DNA of 64,000 nucleotides from NCBI RefSeq assembly GCF_037042905.1, contig NC_087251.1, forward strand, positions 15,626,001-15,690,000, read 5' to 3'. Of the stretch, positions 53,997 through 64,000 are shown piece by piece; within the stretch, counting starts at the first letter, position 1; every line of letters begins with the position of its first letter. This DNA comes from Lytechinus pictus (lineage: Eukaryota). Both the position numbers and the translations under genes were made by a program. The notes beneath the pieces are model-generated. The model made no database searches and had not been told where the DNA came from. It saw only the letters and a program-made list of their open reading frames with translations.

Positions 53997-55028
53997 AGGT
54001 CAAGTCGACCTCAGAAAAATGTTGATTTTGGATCCATAGAGAAAAATCAGACAAGCATAATGCTGAAAATTTCATCAAAATCAGATGTAAAATAAGAAAG
54101 TTATGACATTTTAAAGTTTTGCTTATATTTCACAAAATAGTTATATGCCGGGGTTATATGCACAATAATTTTTATTTATAATAGTCACATGCAAATGAGA
54201 GAATCGATGATGTCCCACATGATGTGGGGAGGTGCCGTGGCCGAGTGGTCTAAGGCGCCTGGCTTATACATGGAAAGTCCGGGGTTCTATCCCCGGCCGC
54301 GGCACCTAAGCATGTGAGCAAGTCATTTAATCTACAATGCTCTTTTATCCTGCTTTCAAATAAATGGAAATGCTATATGCATTATTGGTAACTAGGTGTG
54401 CACTTGAAAAAAAAAAGAAAAAAAAAAGAAAAAACTCACTCAGTGGAGGTGCCGTGGCCGAGTGGTCTAAGGCGCCTGGCTATACATGAAAACGTCCGGT
54501 GTTCGATCCCCGGCCGCGGCAGCTATGCCCGTGAGCAAGGCATTTTATCTACAATGCTCTTTTATCCTGCTTTCAAATAAATGGAAATGCTGTATGCATT
54601 AGTGGTAACTAGGTGTGAACTTGTTTTAAAAAAATAAAAAAAACTCACTATTTTTTTTATTGTTTGAATTATACAATATTTATATTTTTACAGATTTGGC
54701 AAGAAGGACCAACTTGACTGAACAATGGTAATTCTACAAGTTCAGGGATAAATAGAACTTTGTTTCACAGGACAATGAGGAGAAAATTAAAATAATTTCT
54801 ATTTCATATAATAAAATATAAAAGAATTAGTGAGTGAGTGATGTCATCAGTCCCCTCATTTGCATACCGACCGGAATGTGCATATACTGTTTTGTGAAAT
54901 TAAACGAAACTTAGAAATGTCATAACTTTGTTATTTTACATCTAATTTTGATGAAATTTTCAGTGTTATGTTTGTTGGATTTTTCTCTTTTTATTCAAAT
55001 CAACTCTTTGTTGGGGTGGACTTGTCCT
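53997..55028. mobile_element. Kolobok-like MITE, family A, copy 2, interrupted by two SINEs
   Basis: TTAA TSD on both sides; AGGTCAAGTC / GACTTGTCCT termini; colinear with 26113-26702 apart from the insert. Confidence 0.8.
54228..54643 (+). mobile_element. Two head-to-tail tRNA-derived SINEs (about 54228-54434 and 54445-54643)
   Basis: Each has a TGGCCGAGTGG A box, a GTTCG/TATCCC B box, a shared body and an A-rich tail. Confidence 0.85.
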
Positions 55029-55199
55029 TTAATGTTTTAAAGTTCATACAATTCATTATGACACTATCGATTCACTCTTTCCAAAGTAATTACACCGACA
55101 TCAAATGTATTCATTTAATATCTTCTTCTTCTTGTTTGGTGTGGCTGGCAACCAGTCAAGAAATGACTATTTTTTTTACACTACTTTTTTATATAAAAT

Positions 55200-55491
55200 A
55201 ATGAATAGTTTCTTTCTCCTTCATTTTTTATTTCTGTTCTCTTTTATTTTATTCTTCTTTACCTTTTCTTTTCCCCTCTTTTATTGTTGTTTTCTCGTCT
55301 TTTTGTTTTCTTTTCTTCTTTCTTTATTTCTGTTTCTCCTATTCCCTTTTTTCTGTACCTCTTTACTTTTCTTTTTTCTTGTCTATTTTCCCTCTTTCTT
55401 TTCTTTTCGATCCTTTATTTTTTTCCATTTCTTTTCTTTTCTGTACTTTCTTTTCTTATTCTTTATAATTCTCCCCCCTCTCTCTCTATAG

Positions 55492-55523
<32 letters not shown>

Positions 55524-55920
55524 ATTTATATATTTAATACATATTTGGACGAATTGTATGATAGCATCTGGTGAAAAAAAGAGGAAATAAAAATACCGAT
55601 ATTCATTTCCTGAAAAAGGGGCGTACATAATGTGTTATATGTTATGTAAGTACATTAGTCCCTTTCTCCACCAATTAATCCGTAAAGTTTCATAACTTAC
55701 CTTACTTACCTTACCGCCAATATTATTGGAAGAATGCTGTATCAGCAGTCGAGCTTCTCTTCCCCTAAGGTTTGTTGTTCTTTCTTTCTTTTTTCTTTCC
55801 TTCCTTCTTTCCCTTCTTTCTTACTTCCTCTTCCTTTCTTTCTTCCTTCCTTTCTTTCTTTCTTTATTTCTTTTTTTCTTTCCATATTTCTCTTCCCCGC
55901 AGCCATTCTCTCTCTTTATT
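55200..55920 (+). repeat. Pyrimidine-rich low-complexity tracts with short (TA)n/(TG)n
   Basis: T/C-rich runs at 55200-55485 and 55770-55920; source of the Phe/Leu-rich spurious ORFs. Confidence 0.85.
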
Positions 55921-56211
55921 TGTATAGTTGCAACCCCTGCAACCTTTTTGAATATTCATATTATAGAAAATACAACCACTCAGTAGCGTACATCCAACGA
56001 CAGCTTCTTATCAGCTTCAATCATAATTATGCTCCAATACATGTATTCAAGTTTAACTTTAAGGAGGCAATGGGGCAAGCAGCTATAGGGCTAGGCGCAG
56101 GTGACCTAATGATGATGTTACTTTTAGGCAGCCTAATTCAGCATTTGCTAATTGGATTTTAATATGACAAATACATTTTTTTAATCATATATTTTATCAT
56201 TCCACTGTTCA

Positions 56212-56289
56212 GAGGGCCGTAACACAAAGCAGCAATGATCTTAGATCAGTTTTCTACGATTGATCGCAAACCTTTGTGTAACGGGCCCC
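56212..56289. mobile_element. Small GGGCC-ended MITE (Harbinger-like) upstream of COG2; relatives at 61671-61815 and 61818-61937
   Basis: GGGCCGTAACACAAAG / CTTTGTGTAACGGGCCCC; CWG-like flanks. Confidence 0.55.
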
Positions 56290-56329
56290 AGACCAGACTG
56301 AAGAGGAAATCTTCAGAAAGAAAAGAAAA

Positions 56330-56536
56330 TGATAAGGAGGGGAGGGGGGGGGGGGGGGGGGGTCGACACGTACCACCTGCACGACCACGATCACTGAATG
56401 TAGCCTGTCTGTAGTATAGTAGTCTGTGTACAGTGGACGTGGCGCTGCGTAGGGCCTGGTTAAAGTTACCGAGTTGAGCTGAATACTGTGTTTCAGACGA
56501 TATAATTTCACCTATTTTATTTCTTCAGTCACTGAA
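56330..56536 (+). promoter_or_regulatory. Putative COG2 promoter/5' UTR
   Basis: CpG-rich stretch with a long G-run directly upstream of the ATG. Confidence 0.45.
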
Positions 56537-56614
56537 ATGTCTTTGAATTTGAAGCTGCTGCCGATTGGGACAGATCAGACATCACTTTGCTTTGATCAGG
56601 ATGTATTTATGAGG
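56537..56614 (+). CDS. COG2: COG2 exon 1 (MSLNLKLLPIGTDQTSLCFDQDVFMR)
   Basis: ATG 56537, GTAAGT donor, LCFD motif. Confidence 0.9.
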
Positions 56615-59600
56615 GTAAGTTTAAAAATTATGAAAATATTCTCATTCTCGGTCCCACCCCTGTGTTTTCATGTGTGTATTTGTGAACTGTGAACTGTGAA
56701 AAGTGTAATGTGAATATTTAAATTTTTAAATGCAATGTCCTCTTCGGCTTACCTTTAGAATCCAATGTTATGTGATATAATGTGTCATGTGTGTGTGATG
56801 CCTCGTTCTAACACTACAGTTAGTGCAATTTAAAGGAAAATGAAAGGATAGATTAGATTTATTATTGAAATTATTAGTAAAAATTTATTATTGAAATTAT
56901 ATTGGAATTTATCAATGCAAATTTGCAATGTCCTCTTCGGCTTACCTTTAGAATCCAATGCTATGTGATATAATGTATCATGTGTGTGATGTCTCATTCT
57001 AACACTACAGTTAGTGCAATTTAAAGGAAAATGAAAGGATAGATTTATAGATTACATTTCACTAATTAAAATAAAATTAAAATGAGGTTGAACGGTTTCC
57101 TATTTCTCATGATATGCCAAGTCAAAGTTATCAATATTTTGATATTCGAAAGACCCGTGGAGGTCGCCATTTTGCTCATACTCCCTATATCTCTGTGGGG
57201 GATTGTGACATCAGCGACGAAAAACTCGGTGTCCAACCTAGCCAGGCGGCTTCTTGAGAGTAAAAATCATTTACTAACGTAGGCTTACTCTCAATGAAGC
57301 CAGGGAGTCCTTCCTATTCATCTGCGTGTACCGCAAAAAACCCTGAAACTTTCGTCCCCGAGATTTCTACTTTCCTTCTAAAACATCTAGCCATAAATCA
57401 TGTACATGGGATAAAACTTAATTTCCGACATTTCTACGCTCTCGTTGTTATTTTTAAACAAGAATTCATCAAAAAAATGAAAAAAATATTGTGAAAAGAC
57501 GGAAGAGACTTGCCCGATGTTTATGCCGCCATCTTGTTTCTTATTGTACTTCCCCAATGTTACGGACGCGAGCGCCGCGTAACGTTGGGGAAGTACAATA
57601 AGAAACAAGATGGCGGTGTAAACATCGGGCAAGTCTCTTCCGTCTTTTCACAATATTTTTTTCATTTTTGTGATGAATTCTTGTTTAAAAATAACAATGA
57701 GAGCGTAGAAATGTCGGAAGTGAAGTTTTATCCCATGTGCATGATTTAGAGCTAGATCTTTTAGAAGGAAAGTAGAAATCTCGGGGGTGAAAGTTTCAGG
57801 TTTTGGGGTCCTTCGTGTAGGTGAATAGGAAGGACTCCCTGGCTTCATTGAGAGTAAGCCTACGTTAGTAAATGATTTTTACTCTCAAGAAGCCGCCTGG
57901 CTAGTCCAACCCTGGCGCGCGCCTGTGATTGCTATAGCGTACATACATGGGCCAAAGCTGATCAGGATGGTATACTGCCAGGCGTATGGCTGCCGAAATT
58001 GGTCAGAAGAGGGCACAAAATGCAGCTAGCTTTTACCAAATTCACGATCCGCAGAAGAGGCCATAATTGATAAATCTCTAAAAAAATGGGTGGCTGCTGC
58101 TGACCGTGCGCCGACGTGCCTCTGCTTGTTTAACGATTTCTTCGGCCAAGTATTGGGGCTCGAAGTCGTACGCTCTGACTCGGGCCTTCCATTCCAATAC
58201 AAACGTCCGTGATAAGTTTTGTTTTATTTAAAATCGACGGTAACAAATAATGACAAAACGTTAGATATATAGAAATATAGCGCAATCAACAATTTCACGA
58301 TATGCAATCGGGATAAATAACCAAACTTCCAACATAACACGATCACTCGGTTCAGGGTACCGTATATGTCAGTACGTACCGTACATATACAGTAGTACAA
58401 ATTTAGCTTTGTCAAATTTGCCAATTTGGATATCGTAAATAAATGTGTAAACATTTTCATCAAAACTCATCAATTTGTATTTTTAAACCATAAAATAATT
58501 TAAATAGCTTTTAAATAATATTTTAAAGTATTTTATGTGTATATTTTATTTATTTCTGGTAATAAAAAGAAACTATATTATGCAAACTTGGGGGCGGTTT
58601 CAGCCGGGATAGCTAGCTTGCTATGCATATGCACAGTATGGAAGTATCGAGAGCAGTTGTTCGTCATTGACGCCACAATTTGAACGACCCTCGCAACAAT
58701 GGCGATCTTGATTCAGAGACTTCGAGCCTGAAGAAGCCCAACTTTGAAGAGGTGGTACTCGATACTGGGAAATCAGATTGGGGTATAAGTGGATTCATTT
58801 TGATTGTCATATTATCAATGATATTATGTGGTATTAATTTTTGGGTTTCATTCTCCTTTAAATTTAAATTTTGACTGTTGTGCATTTTCTCTCTCGATTT
58901 TGCAGGATGACTTTGATGTGGATAGTTTTGTTGCAGAATGCAGGCATCATGTGCAGTTAGAAACCTTGCGAGAGGATCTGCACATTTATTTTAAGACCCT
59001 CAAGAATGCCATGGTGGAACTTATCAATAAAGACTATGCTGACTTTGTCAATCTCTCATCAAATCTGGTAAATTTACCTGATTGCATTTAGAAACAATAC
59101 AATCTTGAATTTGTCTGTTGCTTTTTTGTTATGTAGATGTTTCAATGTCTAGTGAACAATTTTTCAATTGAAAACCTATAATTCAATTTAGGTGATGCCT
59201 TTAATCAATTTTAACATCTTGATGTGAGTAATAAAAAATGCTTGAAAGAAATAAACTTCTAAAGGAAAAGAAAATGAGAAGATTGAAAAGATATGTCTTC
59301 TGTGTACTAATTAAAAAAACTTGAAAAATCCAATTTTTTTGTTTAAAAAGAAAATGAAAGGAAAAAATGTGTATTTATGTCAATATGGCTTTGTTAGTAC
59401 TGGTATCTTCTTATTTATGACTTGAATTGTAATTGAAGTTTTGAACCTAAATTGTTGCCTGTTTATTTGATATGTTCATGAAACTTACACTAATGTAACT
59501 TAATGTTTTACTCTTCGGCCAGGTTGGAATGGATAAGGCAATTAGCAATCTCTCAATCCCTCTTGGTCAGCTCAGAGAAGAAGTTATGGTAGGTTTTATT

Positions 59601-62600
59601 TATGTGAATGTTCATTCACATTGTTTTCTTCTTGTTTGTTCTTCTCAAGTTGAATAATGATTATCAGTTTTTTTTTTCTAGGGGCGGGGAGTGGGAGTTG
59701 GTTTGTGAGTTGGATTTCCAAAGATATTTATTCAAGAAGACAAACATTTTTTTTGTTTTGTGTTACAATTTTTTGAAATGATAAGTGTAATTCTCTATGG
59801 CATTCATTACACTGTGAAATTGTTGTTTAAACATTGTTAACTACATGTATCTTCATTATGATATGCGGAATGCCTTTCACTGTGTTAAACTTTCCATGTT
59901 TTGTTATATAATACAGAGTGTTCGATGTGCAATTGATGAAGCTATCCATGATGTTGAAGAGAAAATGACTGCCAGGAACAGAACTCGTCAGAAGAAGGTA
60001 CAAATTATAAGAATTGGAAATAAATTGGTTTCTTCCAACCTTTACTAACTAAATATTTATTGACTGTCTATAATCACTTTATAGTGTTATTCATTGTTAC
60101 TGGATGATGAAAACTCATGCCAACCCTAAATAATAGGAAAGTTGCAAACTACATTACTTAAATGTATCTCATAAAGAAAATAATTGCCTTTCACTTTAGA
60201 AATTCTTGGAGATCTTTCATTATTTAACCATTCTAATTTAAGATACATCCAAGTGTTTTGGATAGGATGTCAGTCTGTAAATAATGATGAGCTTCAATCT
60301 TATCATTAGATGAATTGAATTTGAGGAAAAAATATTTAAAAAGAACCATTGAACATACTTTAAAAATCTGTTGTTGAGTTCTTGCTCATGTATGAAATGC
60401 ATCTTTTTCATAGAATGCAGGAAGAAATTGTGAAAAAAAAACCCATCTGAGTGATGCTAATTTTGGTGTAAAATCTTTAATCTTTGCCTTCGCAAAGATG
60501 AGGCTGTAATATCTGTGATTCCTGTAATTGTCAATTTCACAATAAAGGGGTGAGAGGGACTTGAACCGTTGACTAATGATATTTTCATGGGCTGAATACA
60601 ATGTTGATAATTGTATTTACTGTATTTTCTCTTATTAAAGGCATGTTTGCAGAGGCTGATGAATATAGTGAAGTCTGTTGAGAAGATGGAGGGTATTCTT
60701 AGGATAACAGAAGATAGCGAACCTCAGGAAGACATAAGCATGTGAGTGATTACTTAAACCCATTGCCTACTAAGAGTGGGTGATCCCTTAACAAAGCCAA
60801 TGTTACAGTCTGCAGAATTTGGTATTTTGGGGAATGTTGGTGACCTTTTGACAATATTTTTTTTAATAAACACTGAAAAGGGATTGAAAAACGGGCTCAG
60901 ACTTTTGTTATACATGTATGAAGCAAGACAAGATATATAACAAGAGACTTCATAGCTTCAATCCTCTTATATTTTTCTTCTTATTTTAGCTACATGTACA
61001 TGTATTCATCACCCACTAAAAATGCTGAATAAGAGATATTGGTGAGGGGTGGGCGAGATGTGATCATTGGATAACTGTCCTTTGTAAGTGTGAATTGATC
61101 CGTGGTAAAGATTATAGTGAACCTTTTTTTTCCATTTCACACATTCTGGCAGTGAACTTACTGGCCAGCAAATTGAAAGAGTGGCATCAGAATTCAACCA
61201 GCTACAGTACTATGTCACTCAGAGCAAAGGGCTCCCTCTGGTGGAGAAAATTAGACCTGTGAGTATGGAGCTTAATGATTTGTCATTTCTTGGTAAAGAA
61301 ACACAATATGATTAATTTTGGAATGGTCAAAAGTTTGAATATCAATACGCCATAGCATGTGGATAGTGAGGTAATATAATTAAATAATAATTTTCAAAAA
61401 GAAGTGTGTTTATGACTTCAACTGATATGTAATACTTGCAAAGAAAACTCAAAATATTTGATTTTCTTCAATTGAACAGAGGATAGCTGCTATTACAGTG
61501 ACTCTTCAGCATAGCCTTGAGAAGTCATTTAGGGAAGGCCTAGAAGCAGGTGATACCAACGTCTTGCGGCAATGTCTGAGAACGTATGCAACCATTGATA
61601 AAATGAGGGATGCTGAGGCTCTCTTTAGACAGATTGCTGTCAAACCATATTTAGATGAGGTAAGTGATCTGGGGCCTGTTGCTTCAAAGAAAAACTCTGG
61701 CAATTTATATTTTTTGCCAGAGTTTTTGATGTGTAAGTTTCAATAGCATGATTGTGTTTGCCAGATTTTATGTTAATTTATTTTTTTATGGCAAAAATTT
61801 TCTGTAACGGGCCCCAGGGTCCTATATCTCTAAGTTAAATTACTGATGGTATGATTGGCCGTTAATTGTGGAGAATGCAATCAACAATGCAATCAATTGT
61901 AAAAATTAGCCTTATGATCAAGTGCTTTATGGGACCCAGTTTTTAGCCCATCCGGCCCGAAGGGCCAGATGAGCTTATGCCGTGGCGTGGCGTCCGTCCA
62001 CAATTTCAAAATGCCCTTCTTCGCCATTTCAATTCTGTTTGCTTTATATGATAGCACTAGGTGGGGGATTCAAAACTTCTACACAGAATTTTGAAACTCA
62101 TTAAATATGCTAATTTATGCGCATTTTTCAAAATTCACTAAAAATGCTTCTTTATTTGTCGACCGATTTTGAATTTTTTTATTCCATCTGGTAGAGCTTC
62201 ATGAGGTTTACCAAACCTCTACACAGAATTTTGAAATTTCGACTAGAACAATTTTTATGCTAATTTATGCAGAATTTTTAAATTTGGAGTAGAAAATTAT
62301 TTATGCTAATTTATGCGAAATTCATAAATCACAGAAAATGCCTCTTCTTTATTTGTTGACTGAATTTCAAAATGCTTCTTCTTCGTCATTTCAAGTCTGA
62401 TTTCAATTCTGTTTGCTTTATTTGATAGCATTAGGTGGGGGATTCAAAACTTCTACACAGAATTTTGAAACTCATTAAATATGCTAATTTATGCATATTT
62501 TTAAAAATTCACATAAAATGCTTCTTCTTTAATTGTTGACCGATTTTGATTTATTTTCTTCCATCTGGTAGAACTTCATGAGGTTCACCAAACTTTTACA

Positions 62601-63466
62601 AAGAATTTTGAAATTTTCAGTAAAAAATTATTTATGCTAATTTATGCGAAATTTATTCATAAATCACAGAAAATGCCTCTTCTTCGTTATTTGTTGACCG
62701 ATTTTGATTTTTTTTCTTCCATCTGGTAGAGCTGCATGAGGTTCACCAAACATGTACTCAAAATTTTGAAATTTTGCCTAGAAAATTATTTATGCTAATT
62801 TATGCAAAATTTATTCATAAATCACAAAAAAAAAATTCTTCATTTGTTGATCAATTTCAATTTTGTTTGCTTTATATGATAGCTCGAGGTGGTGATACAA
62901 AATTTAAACTCAGAATTTTGGAAGTCATTTAATATGCTTATTTATTCATATATTTTCAAAACTCACAACAAATACTTATTTATTTGTTTATTGATTTTGA
63001 TTATTTTTGTTCCATCTGAGAGCTACATGAGGTTCACCAAGGTTCTACACAGAGTTTAGAAATTTTGACCAGAAAATTATTTATGCTTAATTTATATGAA
63101 ATTTATTCATAGATCACAAAAAATTCTCTATGTCATTTCTTCATCAATTTCAATTCTATATCCTAAGTTTAAGTCACCAATATAATTCACTACAGTGTCA
63201 ACTTGGCTGAAATTAAAATTGTGTTAAATTTCATTGATGTGCTAGTTCTTCATGATGTCTTTTATATTCTGTTGTGTTTTGATGTCTATGAATGGGGTAT
63301 TCTGTAGTGAAACCAATCATCTTTTTTATTATATTTTCTGGCAGATCATCAGTGAGAGTTTCCTTCACAACCACCCTCAGGGTCTGAAAGGAATGTATTC
63401 CAGAATCTTAGACTTCATCCCTAAGCACTGTGACCTTATCAGGAAGGTCACATCACCAAGTCAAAG
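56537..63466 (+). CDS. COG2: Conserved oligomeric Golgi complex subunit 2; first 8 coding exons, continues beyond the right edge
   Basis: Exons 56537-56614, 58906-59067, 59523-59588, 59917-59997, 60641-60741, 61153-61258, 61480-61659, 63345-63466 splice in frame to ...LCFDQDVFMRDDFDVDSFVAECR...AMVELINKDYADFVNLSSNLVGMDKAI...PLGQLREEV...ERVASEFNQLQY...CLRTYATIDKMRDAEAL..., which matches the COG2 N-terminal region. Confidence 0.95.
56731..57045 (+). repeat. Direct duplication of ~123 bp (56731-56854 and 56924-57045)
   Basis: TGCAATGTCCTCTTCGGCTTACC...AAGGATAGATT present twice with few differences. Confidence 0.9.
57239..57903. mobile_element. 665-bp foldback (whole-length palindromic) element with an 8-bp TSD; hAT-like
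   Basis: TSD GTCCAACC at 57231-57238 and 57904-57911; termini TAGCCAGGCGG / CCGCCTGGCTA; symmetry centre about 57571. Confidence 0.9.
58906..59067 (+). CDS. COG2: COG2 exon 2
   Basis: TGCAG/GTAAAT; DDFDVDSFV...ELINKDYADFVNLSSNL. Confidence 0.96.
59523..59588 (+). CDS. COG2: COG2 exon 3
   Basis: CCAG/GTAGGT; VGMDKAISNLSIPLGQLREEVM. Confidence 0.95.
59917..59997 (+). CDS. COG2: COG2 exon 4
   Basis: ACAG/GTACAA; SVRCAIDEAIHDVEEKMTARNRTRQKK. Confidence 0.9.
60641..60741 (+). CDS. COG2: COG2 exon 5
   Basis: TAAAG/GTGAGT; ACLQRLMNIVKSVEKMEGIL... Confidence 0.9.
61153..61258 (+). CDS. COG2: COG2 exon 6
   Basis: GCAG/GTGAGT; ELTGQQIERVASEFNQLQYYVTQSKGLPLVEKIRP. Confidence 0.94.
61480..61659 (+). 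CDS. COG2: COG2 exon 7
   Basis: ACAG/GTAAGT; RIAAITVTLQHSLE...CLRTYATIDK...VKPYLDE. Confidence 0.95.
61671..61815. mobile_element. Small MITE 11 nt into COG2 intron 7
   Basis: GGGGCCTGTT / AACGGGCCCC termini with internal TGGCAA/TTGCCA inverted motifs. Confidence 0.6.
61940..63160 (+). mobile_element. HINE-like element, family 2, with internal tandem repeats; 3' end not identified
   Basis: Starts TTTTTAGCCCATC-GGCCCGAAGGGCC hairpin-GATGAGCT, then a CGTCCGTCC tract and repeated ~130-160 bp units (CTACACAGAATTTTGAAA...TATGCTAATTTATGC). Confidence 0.7.
63345..63466 (+). CDS. COG2: COG2 exon 8
   Basis: GCAG/GTATGT; IISESFLHNHPQGLKGMYSRILDFIPKHC... Confidence 0.93.
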
Positions 63467-64000
63467 GTATGTTGATAATTATCATTAACATAAATGTATC
63501 TCAACTTTTAGTTTTAATATACTAGAGAAATCATACTTCCTGTTTGTATTTCTGTATATTGCAGTCCTTCCATCTTTTTTTTATTCTGTAGATTTTAAAA
63601 ACAATATATTAAATTTTGCATAATGTACAAATACGATCCTGTGTAAATTGTGTACAGTATGCATCAAATGTATAGCAATCTAATCGAAGTATTGTTCCAT
63701 TGATTTTCAAATGAAGCACCTGGTACCAATAACAAAAGCTTAAGTTACTCATATTGTCCTTTTGACAGCAAATTTGACAGAGTTCCAATCCTATGTTTTA
63801 TTTTTCTTTCAGCTTCAGTTTTATTCTGTTTAATTTGTTTCATGTTCATGCTTGAATTTGTTTCTGAGAAGTGCAAGTCAAAAAGGTTCAGCATCTGTGT
63901 TTTTTTTAATTTTGTAGAATTTGTAGAACAAGACATCTTTTCATCTAATCTAAGTAATATATTTTCTTAAACTCATGTAGTGCCAGTGGCCAGGAGATAG

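Noticed and set aside
55105..56162. Phe/Leu-rich ORFs that look like membrane proteins
   Set aside because: Translation of pyrimidine-rich low-complexity DNA.
57294..57848. Pairs of similar ORFs on opposite strands (MKPGSPSYS..., MPDVY...) resembling a duplicated toxin-antitoxin or gene pair
   Set aside because: They are a consequence of the palindromic foldback element; there is no coding evidence.

Overview
AT-rich eukaryotic (animal) genomic DNA. The repeat landscape (CORE/Deu/Meta-type tRNA-SINEs, HINE-type elements, many MITEs) suggests a marine invertebrate, plausibly an echinoderm; this is an inference. Two intron-rich genes sit head-to-head with about 4.7 kb between their start codons. 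(1) Minus strand: a kinesin-3 gene most like STARD9/KIF16A. Ten coding exons run from the ATG at 51847 to 926 and cover most of the motor domain; the gene continues beyond the left edge. (2) Plus strand: COG2, with eight coding exons from the ATG at 56537 to 63466, continuing beyond the right edge. I spliced both by hand; all junctions are GT-AG and in frame. The rest is intron/intergenic DNA packed with non-autonomous transposons, including nested insertions and a 665-bp foldback palindrome. No intact transposase, RNA gene, CRISPR array or prokaryote-type system is visible, and most of the ORF track is spurious. The most unusual signals are a window-wide excess of TA-flanked 8-mer palindromes (TACATGTA, TAGGCCTA) that look like transposon excision footprints, a duplicated splice donor next to a hairpin, and the diverged loop-12 insertion of the kinesin.
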